Source: a virus
Taxonomy: Duplodnaviria; Caudoviricetes
IMG/VR virus record: IMGVR_UViG_3300044216_000178
Location: 1-24,079 of that record
Reading direction: 5' to 3' (one strand)
DNA: 24,079 nucleotides
Every line of letters begins with the position of its first letter. Positions within the stretch are counted from its first letter, which is position 1. Made by a program: the position numbers and the translations under genes. Shown here piece after piece: positions 18,338 to 24,079 of the stretch. Below the pieces are notes generated by a model, which saw nothing but the letters and a program-made list of their open reading frames with translations, had not been told where the DNA came from and did not search any database.

Positions 18338-18783
18338 TACGTTATACTCACTGTTACATTTCCAACTGAAGCTCTAATTTGTCTTCTTACATTTTGTAAA
18401 GATGGATCTTCTGGGATCATGCTGTTCATAATAGTTGTTACACCATCCCTAATTATTGCAAACTCTTGTGTTCTAAATGCAAATTGTCCAGGCAAACTTA
18501 AATCAGCTACACCAACTGATGCACCACCTGAGTCAGAAGTTGTGCCATCACCATCTCTTAAAAATAGTTGACTGGGTTGTTGAAATTTAATTACTCTAGG
18601 ATCCTTAAGAGCTATAGCATCTGCAGTAGTTCGTCTTCTTCTAATCTGTGGGTGCTTAGGCTCAAACTCAGTGTAATGCACAAGTGAGCCATTCCATTCT
18701 TTTACCATCTCCTCGTAAGGAAACTCCATACCTGATCTGTCAGATATGGCTTTAGATCTTTTACCTGTAGCGTACGTTCCCAT
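18337..18783 (-). CDS. Conserved hypothetical phage protein (148 aa)
   Basis: N-terminal YATGKRSKAISDRSG...EWNGSLVH..EFEPKHPQ; TAATG-coupled at both ends. Confidence 0.7.
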   Translation of the reverse strand: MGTYATGKRSKAISDRSGMEFPYEEMVKEWNGSLVHYTEFEPKHPQIRRRRTTADAIALKDPRVIKFQQPSQLFLRDGDGTTSDSGGASVGVADLSLPGQFAFRTQEFAIIRDGVTTIMNSMIPEDPSLQNVRRQIRASVGNVTVSIT

Positions 18784-19478
18784 TATACTCCTGACGGATA
18801 AAATGATTGTGGACTAATAAATGTTGATGTTCTTTGACCATCTTCATCTAGTGCTCTTTTCATTTCATCCTCATATATTTGTTTGTTTTGTTGTACTAAT
18901 TTTGGGTTTACTTTCATTGATAAATAATACCCTAAACCTGCTGCCATACATGGTAAGAATCTGTACGCAACATCCGCATCGTTACTGTAAGCTCCTGCAT
19001 CTTCAATTCTTTTAATAACATAGTATTTTAACGCTGTATAAGTATTTAAATCTGGTGTTTGATACAAATTAATTATTGGTGTTTTTTGTCTATCAACATA
19101 ATATTGTGATGGTGTGCCTGTAGATAATTTGTTAGGCAAAGCCGCATATGCTGATCTATCAATCTTTGTCAATGACACGTCTTGAGTAGATGAACTATCA
19201 CTAGCAGCTAATGTAGATGATATAAAAGCCTCTAACACATCATTAACATCTGCATTTACTGTGTAAGCAGCCTGTCCTGATACTAGACTTTTTTCGTTTA
19301 ACTCGACCTTCCATAAATGTATACCTCTATTACCCCATTCTGCAAATAATAAATTTAAACTTGTTCTAGCAGATCTTAAATCATATCCAGAGTTAGTTCT
19401 CAGACCACACCTTTGATAACCCTCTTGAATTATGTCATCTATGTTAAGATTAAACGCTGTTGTTCCTGATGTTGCCAT
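18783..19478 (-). CDS. Putative head-tail adaptor (P22 gp4 / T7 gp11-like), 231 aa
   Basis: IDDIIQEGYQRCG...ARTSLNLLFAEWGNRG...GTPSQYY...LYQTPD...GLGYYL; position between head and tail genes. Confidence 0.6.
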   Translation of the reverse strand: MATSGTTAFNLNIDDIIQEGYQRCGLRTNSGYDLRSARTSLNLLFAEWGNRGIHLWKVELNEKSLVSGQAAYTVNADVNDVLEAFISSTLAASDSSSTQDVSLTKIDRSAYAALPNKLSTGTPSQYYVDRQKTPIINLYQTPDLNTYTALKYYVIKRIEDAGAYSNDADVAYRFLPCMAAGLGYYLSMKVNPKLVQQNKQIYEDEMKRALDEDGQRTSTFISPQSFYPSGV

Positions 19479-20002
19479 TAAATAATATCCTTATAGTAAT
19501 CAGCAAGACCACCTATTTTCATTTTTCTATATTCACCTTTTCCTTTGTCTCTAAAGGGTTCTTTTTTAGGTGGCTTAACTTTTTTAGGTTTACCCTCTTT
19601 ATCTACTAAGGGAAATCTTTTTGCAGAATAGCTTTCATTTTTTATCATCTGTGCTTTTTGTAATCTTCCTAATGCAGATTGTGCACCAGCTGTCATACCA
19701 CCTACATTCATTCCAGGTGGATATGGTTTCTGTTTACTCATTCCCCTTTCTCTTCTTTCAGCAGCGTCTGCTCTATCAAAATCTTTCATAGCTTTTTCTT
19801 TTGTAATTTTTTTACCTTTTTTATCTCTGTATACAACACCGTTCTCACCAGAACCTTTATTGAATCCCATATGTTTTTGACCTGTTTTCCTCTCTTCAAC
19901 TCTTTTTTTATTAGTAAATCTTCTTTTTGTTAAAGCTTTTAAAACTCTTGCTTTACCAAACCTATCTATTAAATCCACAATCTTAATATCTTTTTTAGCC
20001 AT
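19478..20002 (-). CDS. Basic Lys/Arg-rich hypothetical protein (174 aa)
   Basis: Overlap-coupled on both sides; low complexity; ends MKIGGLADYYKDII. Confidence 0.7.
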   Translation of the reverse strand: MAKKDIKIVDLIDRFGKARVLKALTKRRFTNKKRVEERKTGQKHMGFNKGSGENGVVYRDKKGKKITKEKAMKDFDRADAAERRERGMSKQKPYPPGMNVGGMTAGAQSALGRLQKAQMIKNESYSAKRFPLVDKEGKPKKVKPPKKEPFRDKGKGEYRKMKIGGLADYYKDII

Positions 20003-20306
20003 TTTTAAATCCTTTCAGCATATCTCCATAATAATTTACTAAAGATTGATTATTAACTTTTTTTCCTGCTAACTCAGACTTCATATAAGAACCTATGTAC
20101 GGTTCTTCTTTCATTTTTGTACCTGGAGCTTTTGATGTTGTCTCAGAAAATGCAGCTCTACCCATAGCAGCTTTCATTACTTTCTTTTCCACACCTTTTA
20201 TAGTGCCTTTATTTTTGGAGGCATAGAATACAGCTTTACCTTCTTTTTCACCATATTGGTCTTTCATAGCCTTCATTATCTTCTTGCCTTTTTTATTTAG
20301 TGGCAT
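19995..20306 (-). CDS. Basic hypothetical protein (~103 aa)
   Basis: MPLNKKGKKIMKAMKDQYG...VFYASKNKG; strong SD AAGGAGG; start is ATG 20306 or TTG 20309. Confidence 0.75.
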   Translation of the reverse strand: MPLNKKGKKIMKAMKDQYGEKEGKAVFYASKNKGTIKGVEKKVMKAAMGRAAFSETTSKAPGTKMKEEPYIGSYMKSELAGKKVNNQSLVNYYGDMLKGFKNG

Positions 20307-20449
20307 CAATCCTCCTTTTTAGCGGCCGCTTTGAGAATAGTTTGTTTCTCCTTTTTGCGGTTGTACAACTTCTTAGATAATAGCACTCTTAGACGAAATG
20401 TTCTAGACCTTACGGCTTCTGCGAATGGATTCTTTGGCTTTTTTGGCAA
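20306..20449 (-). CDS. 47-aa basic protein resembling alternative ribosome-rescue factor ArfA
   Basis: Not in the ORF track. TTG start with AGGAG 9 nt upstream. MPKKPKNPFAEAVRSRTFRLRVLLSKKLYNRKKEKQTILKAAAKKED*; TGATG overlap with the next gene. Similarity to ArfA judged by eye. Confidence 0.55.
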   Translation of the reverse strand: MPKKPKNPFAEAVRSRTFRLRVLLSKKLYNRKKEKQTILKAAAKKED

Positions 20450-20681
20450 TGTTCACTACTCCTGATTTGCCCATTACTTTAGCTCTTTGCTCCATAACAG
20501 TCAAAATTTGTATTTTTCTAGCAAATGGTTTGTTTATTCTTTTAACCTTTGCAGCTGTAGCTCTTGCATCAGCAGGAGTTGCAAATTTTATTCTAACGGT
20601 ATCTTTAGGATTCTCATCTGTATAAAGTCTTCTACCAGAACCTTTTGGTTTTTTGCCTGTGCCTTTTAGTGGGTCTTTCAT
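20403..20681 (-). CDS. Basic hypothetical protein with LYTDENPKDT motif (92 aa)
   Basis: ATGA-coupled to the endolysin stop; motifs LYTDENPKDT and KIQILTVMEQRA. Confidence 0.75.
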   Translation of the reverse strand: MKDPLKGTGKKPKGSGRRLYTDENPKDTVRIKFATPADARATAAKVKRINKPFARKIQILTVMEQRAKVMGKSGVVNIAKKAKESIRRSRKV

Positions 20682-21154
20682 ATTAAATCTACAGCTTTAC
20701 CTATTACAGGTGCATATTTAGTTTTACCCTCTTTTTTAAATGCATGCAAGAATTGTTTTCTTGGTTGTTCAGGAATATAGCTACAATGTATCCATCCGCT
20801 ATTGGGTTCACCTGGATTATAGAACTCAAGGATGAGCTGATCATACGGTAAGTTCTTGTGAATCCAATCAGCTAATTCTGCATTGTCTGTGCCTATACAT
20901 TCGAAATCGCAAGCCTCAGCTTTAGCATGTTGGCTGTTGACCGAACTTTTTATGGCTAGGCAAAGCTGCTCTGAACGGAACCCGCTGGTAACCTTTACTC
21001 TGCCAAAATGATCACGCACTGGCTGCAATATATTTTCACAAAGTGCTTTTAATTTTTCTATTTGTTCTGCACTTGGGTTATTGTTTATGCCCATTCTGAT
21101 AGCAGTATCTGATTTAATTAGTTCTGAAAGGGTAAAATTACGTGTTAGATTCAT
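20678..21154 (-). CDS. Peptidase M15 family Zn peptidase, probable endolysin (158 aa)
   Basis: NFTLSEL, VTSGFRS, SQH-x6-D (SQHAKAEACD) and WIH, giving the His/Asp/His zinc ligands. Confidence 0.88.
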   Translation of the reverse strand: MNLTRNFTLSELIKSDTAIRMGINNNPSAEQIEKLKALCENILQPVRDHFGRVKVTSGFRSEQLCLAIKSSVNSQHAKAEACDFECIGTDNAELADWIHKNLPYDQLILEFYNPGEPNSGWIHCSYIPEQPRKQFLHAFKKEGKTKYAPVIGKAVDLI

Positions 21155-21797
21155 CTTTGTTCTCCATTTTGTAAAACATTTTATCTGAGTCTTCTGTCAC
21201 CATGTCATTATCCTCTGCATCCCAGTAAGTAGTTTGGACTTTATAGTCAGGCCAAGAGCTATCAGTAGTATAACTGTTAACGTGCCAAAGACAACGATTA
21301 TTAGGCTGAGCTGCATAATTACCATTATTAAGAGCCAATATATGTGCACACTTGTGTTCTTGAGGTATTTCAGAGTGTTCAGTATCCAAGATGTTAGTGT
21401 CTGGATGTGCCCAATCGACTGTGAATAAATATTTACCATGATAAAATTTTTTATCTAATCCTAAATATTTTCCGTTTAAACCATCCAACCAATCAAAGCA
21501 ATGAACACTAGGCCAATAACTAAAACAATTCCACAATTCAAGCTCGTGTGGCTGCATATCTGGCACTTCGGATCTAGAAAGATGTTTTTGGAAAAACGCT
21601 GATATAGGCAACCTCCAATAGCACGCACCGTTGGGTAACATGATATTAAATAGGATAGCCCTACCTGAAATAGAGCTAAGACCAAAGATAACACAGTCAC
21701 TACTTTGTCCTTTATAATTTTTGTCCATATCATAAAGATATTCCTTTCTTATCTTACAATAAATAGGTGGTATGTTTGCATTTAAGTATGCCATCAA
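21138..21797 (-). CDS. Conserved hypothetical phage protein, Trp/Cys/His-rich (219 aa)
   Basis: Motifs YLNANIP, WRLPISAF, LWNCFSY, YLFTVDW, EHKCAH and AAQPNNR; function unknown. Confidence 0.75.
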   Translation of the reverse strand: MMAYLNANIPPIYCKIRKEYLYDMDKNYKGQSSDCVIFGLSSISGRAILFNIMLPNGACYWRLPISAFFQKHLSRSEVPDMQPHELELWNCFSYWPSVHCFDWLDGLNGKYLGLDKKFYHGKYLFTVDWAHPDTNILDTEHSEIPQEHKCAHILALNNGNYAAQPNNRCLWHVNSYTTDSSWPDYKVQTTYWDAEDNDMVTEDSDKMFYKMENKDESNT

Positions 21798-22009
21798 TCA
21801 ATAATAAGTTTTTTTATCGATTTAGAGCCATCAATATTTTGTTCTAACTCAGCGTCACCTTTCCAACATTTATACATAATGGTTTCACTATATTGTCTTT
21901 CAGCTTGACGCTTTCCACGTAAACATTGTGCCATACCATCAACCTGTAAACGGGCTTCTTTAATTTCTGCGTTTACAAACATCAGGAGGGCTACCACACT
22001 TTCAATCAT
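21794..22009 (-). CDS. Small protein with hydrophobic N-terminus and two Cys (~71 aa)
   Basis: Likely start is ATG 22009 (MIESVVALLMFV), overlapping the upstream stop (ATGATTGA). Confidence 0.65.
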   Translation of the reverse strand: MIESVVALLMFVNAEIKEARLQVDGMAQCLRGKRQAERQYSETIMYKCWKGDAELEQNIDGSKSIKKLIID

Positions 22010-22427
22010 TATAGTTTCCATTCTTGTAGCCAATCTCACGATTAGCATCTTTTAATTTTTCAATATCAGCCAAAACTTTATCCATCTGTGTTCTTAAAAA
22101 TTGAATGTTTACTTTGTTCAACGCCATATCTTCAACGTGTTTATTGATCTTATCCGTGGTCTTATAAAGATCCTCAATCATCATAAATTGCTCAGAATCT
22201 GCGGGTAAAGAACCTAATTGTCCACGTGGCCATTTAATCCTAAACTCTGTATTTTCTTCAAGATCTTTCTCCATTATCTGTATACGGGTGTCTGCAACAT
22301 TAAGACGTTCTATAATTTGAAAATAGCCCATTGTGCCAAGTGCTACGATGACGATTAAAGAGGCAACCGTCTTCATGGGCATTTGAACAGCTGCCTCTTC
22401 AGATATGTTTAGTGGTTTTTTACTCAT
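22002..22427 (-). CDS. Single-TM protein with coiled-coil C-terminus (141 aa)
   Basis: TM segment TVASLIVIVALGTMGYF followed by heptad-like helices. Confidence 0.75.
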   Translation of the reverse strand: MSKKPLNISEEAAVQMPMKTVASLIVIVALGTMGYFQIIERLNVADTRIQIMEKDLEENTEFRIKWPRGQLGSLPADSEQFMMIEDLYKTTDKINKHVEDMALNKVNIQFLRTQMDKVLADIEKLKDANREIGYKNGNYND

Positions 22428-22507
22428 TACTTAATATAACCAGGTTCTAGAAAAATAGCCAGAAGACATAATAAAATTATCAGCACCGCTGTAAATCTGT
22501 AATCCAT
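22427..22507 (-). CDS. 26-aa single-TM peptide
   Basis: Not in the ORF track. MDYRFTAVLIILLCLLAIFLEPGYIK*; GGAGG SD upstream; TAATG overlap with the next gene. Confidence 0.65.
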   Translation of the reverse strand: MDYRFTAVLIILLCLLAIFLEPGYIK

Positions 22508-22529
22508 TCTGACTATCCTCCAAATACAT

Positions 22530-22751
22530 TTAACCCCAAGTATGCCACCATTGTTTTACCTTTTTAAATGGCCAAACAATAATTTTTTTAATTTTTTCTA
22601 TAATTTTCATATTCTTCTCCTTTATTATTTCATGCACACAATTTAAACATCCACAGTTTGGTACTGTCAAGCATTGGTTAGTATTAAAATATGGACCAAC
22701 ACCTTTACAATGACAAGAATGTCCGCAATTTACACATGTTAACACTTCCAT
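22530..22751 (-). CDS. Cys/His-rich (metallothionein-like) domain fused to a cationic amphipathic tail (73 aa)
   Basis: CxxCGHxCHC...C...CxCxxCxH (8 Cys, 3 His); internal in-frame ATG 22610 with its own AAGGAG SD. Confidence 0.65.
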   Translation of the reverse strand: MEVLTCVNCGHSCHCKGVGPYFNTNQCLTVPNCGCLNCVHEIIKEKNMKIIEKIKKIIVWPFKKVKQWWHTWG

Positions 22752-23050
22752 CTTCTTCTAGCCTGTCTTAATCTTGAGTTTGGATCTTTAGCAGCTTTTG
22801 GAAACTTTTTCATTTGCCCAGCTGATCTTGCGCAAAATGATTTACGTCTCTTTGCAGCTGCAGAGCCTGGTTTAACTTTACCTGTTACAGCCGTTTTTAA
22901 TTTTGAACCTGGATTAGCACGTCTATAGGCAGCTACACCTGCACGTGTCATACCAGCACCCTTTTCAGTGGGTCTAAAATTTTTTTTATTACGAGCTGGC
23001 ATAACATCACCACCTCTTTTTAATGCCTCTAATTTTTTAAAATTAGACAT
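22739..23050 (-). CDS. DUF6321-like basic phage protein (103 aa)
   Basis: AYRRANPGSKLK...RRKSFCAR...KDPNSRL...RRWKC; family assignment from memory. Confidence 0.65.
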   Translation of the reverse strand: MSNFKKLEALKRGGDVMPARNKKNFRPTEKGAGMTRAGVAAYRRANPGSKLKTAVTGKVKPGSAAAKRRKSFCARSAGQMKKFPKAAKDPNSRLRQARRRWKC

Positions 23051-23059
23051 TGTCTAAAA

Positions 23060-23389
23060 TTATTTATTAGATGTAGTTAAGTTCGGTCCAGAAAATTTAT
23101 CCGTTAACAAAGTATATGCTGTAACATGTGTTTTTGTTTTACAGAATATTCCTTCTGGAAATAAAATTCCATCCTCTGGAAAATTAAAATTAATTACATC
23201 TCCTGATGGAACATCAGCTTGAAATAAAGTTGTTCCTGTATTAGAGGTTGTAGTCAATTCTAGAACTCCTGCACCTCCACCACTTGAAGCAATTATTATT
23301 CCTCTCAACCTGATTGGTTGAGCAATAATAGCTGAAGCACCCGCAGCAGCGTCTGATCTTGTTGCTTGTATATCGGTTTTAAAACTCAT
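23060..23389 (-). CDS. Small beta-rich protein, possibly virion head-associated (109 aa)
   Basis: SD AAGGAG; RLRGI...FPEDGILFPEGI pattern; function inferred from position. Confidence 0.6.
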   Translation of the reverse strand: MSFKTDIQATRSDAAAGASAIIAQPIRLRGIIIASSGGGAGVLELTTTSNTGTTLFQADVPSGDVINFNFPEDGILFPEGIFCKTKTHVTAYTLLTDKFSGPNLTTSNK

Positions 23390-23403
23390 AAATCTCCTTT
23401 AAT

Positions 23404-23423
23404 GTGGCTCCCGAAGGAGCCAC
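23404..23423 (-). terminator. cUUCGg tetraloop hairpin (weak terminator or mRNA-stabilising element)
   Basis: GTGGCTCC-TTCG-GGAGCCAC, a perfect 8-bp GC-rich stem 10 nt after the stop at 23434. No canonical U-tract follows. Confidence 0.6.
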
Positions 23424-23433
23424 TAATTAATTA

Positions 23434-23991
23434 TTAACTCCAAGGTGTAACAAATGTACCATTACCAACTAGTAATGCAGTAATCTGCCATATTAAACCG
23501 TCAACTGCTTGACACTCAACCACAGTTCCCTCTAGACCACCTCTAGTAGTGGCATCTAAAGTTAGAGTATCAGTGCCTCCCGCATTAAATGCAGTTACAG
23601 CTCCTGGATCAGTCGCAGTGTTGTTGTAGTATGCGCAACCTCTAAATACATCGGCTGTTGATCTACCTGCTGCAGTTCCAGCGTTCAAAACGAATGTGTT
23701 TGAACTCGTTAAACTTGTAGTGATCACAAACTTATAATTTATTCCAACTCTATTTGTAGAATTTGGATCATCTGCACCTGCTACTGCTGAAGTTGATGTG
23801 TCGATTATTGAAGGTAAATTAAACACAGTGTTAGCGTTTCCGACCTGTATAATTTTACCTTGGTATTTATCAATTCCTGCGATGTCTGTTCCACCATCAA
23901 CTGTTCCTGAAATTGATTGTGCCATTTCTGGACCTGAACCTAAAAATCCTCTTAAGGATCTTACTGGTCCACTAAACGTTGTTCTAGCCAT
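23434..23991 (-). CDS. Putative capsid decoration protein (185 aa)
   Basis: N-terminal MARTTFSGPV, Thr/Gly/Ala-rich beta protein, SD AAGGAG. In my recollection of related phages this gene follows the major capsid gene, which would lie outside the window. Confidence 0.55.
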   Translation of the reverse strand: MARTTFSGPVRSLRGFLGSGPEMAQSISGTVDGGTDIAGIDKYQGKIIQVGNANTVFNLPSIIDTSTSAVAGADDPNSTNRVGINYKFVITTSLTSSNTFVLNAGTAAGRSTADVFRGCAYYNNTATDPGAVTAFNAGGTDTLTLDATTRGGLEGTVVECQAVDGLIWQITALLVGNGTFVTPWS

Positions 23992-24006
23992 AATTTTCTC
24001 CTTTGT

Positions 24007-24074
24007 GTATAGCCATTGTACTATGCTGTCTCTATACCGTCTGCCTAGTCAGTCAACATAATAATTAATCTAGG
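24007..24074 (-). ncRNA. Structured RNA element with two potential pseudoknots (candidate Mu-gpT-DE-type motif)
   Basis: Four mutually compatible pairings found by hand: UAUUAUGUUG/CAGCAUAGUA, CUG/CAG, CCUAG/CUAGG and GUAUAG/CUAUAC. May extend beyond the window edge. Confidence 0.55.
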
Positions 24075-24079
24075 TCTTA

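Noticed and set aside
20321-20330. GC-rich palindrome AGCGGCCGCT (NotI site)
   Set aside because: Too short for a stable hairpin and explained by Ala-Ala-Ala codons of the ArfA-like ORF; no evidence for an arfA-type RNase III hairpin.
21197-21439. 80-aa hydrophobic +1-frame ORF within the 219-aa gene
   Set aside because: No SD; the hydrophobicity is explained by wobble-position T bias.
22431-22529. Alternative 32-aa ORF MYLEDSQNGLQIY...
   Set aside because: The competing 26-aa TM ORF has the GGAGG SD and the TAATG coupling, so it is better supported.
24031-24056. TTGACT...TATAGA as a promoter, and CUGACUA as a hammerhead core
   Set aside because: The spacer is only 14 nt, and the hammerhead consensus CUGANGA/GAAA is not met.
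14746-24061. Remaining short plus-strand ORFs (14746, 15991, 16555, 17677, 18305, 18821, 19679, 20425, 20487, 21234, 23798)
   Set aside because: Antisense shadows; the repetitiveness of 15991 and 16555 simply mirrors the repeat protein.
1-24079. CRISPR array, tRNA, integrase/transposase, reverse transcriptase or DGR repeats, alternative genetic code
   Set aside because: None seen by eye; genes read normally with all three stop codons in use. tRNAscan and a self dot-plot were not run.

Overview
AT-rich, densely packed virion-morphogenesis (late) region of a tailed dsDNA phage with a short-tailed, P22-like podovirus layout. A marine Pelagibacter/SAR11-type phage is my inference from composition and recalled protein families; I ran no search. 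Almost every gene is on the minus strand and many are coupled by TAATG, ATGA or ATGGnTAA overlaps. In transcription order (high to low coordinate): a structured leader RNA; putative capsid-decoration proteins; small basic and membrane proteins around a peptidase M15 endolysin; two adaptor-like proteins; tail, fibre and collar proteins; three 2OG-Fe(II) oxygenases, two of them inverted; a P22 gp10-like tail hub; a fourth oxygenase and two glycosyltransferases; and the putative ejection proteins, the last running off the left end. I found five genes missing from the ORF track: 1-1528, 8246-8374, 9300-9464, 20306-20449 and 22427-22507. Best leads: (i) a compact double-pseudoknot RNA at 24007-24074; (ii) a hidden ArfA-like 47-aa gene; (iii) four oxygenases plus two glycosyltransferases inside the structural operon, a candidate virion-modification system; (iv) a lysis-like cluster containing a Cys-rich domain fused to a cationic amphipathic peptide; (v) short motifs shared by unrelated virion-associated proteins. 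No tRNA, rRNA, CRISPR, integrase or transposase was seen. All product calls come from motif recognition and synteny only.
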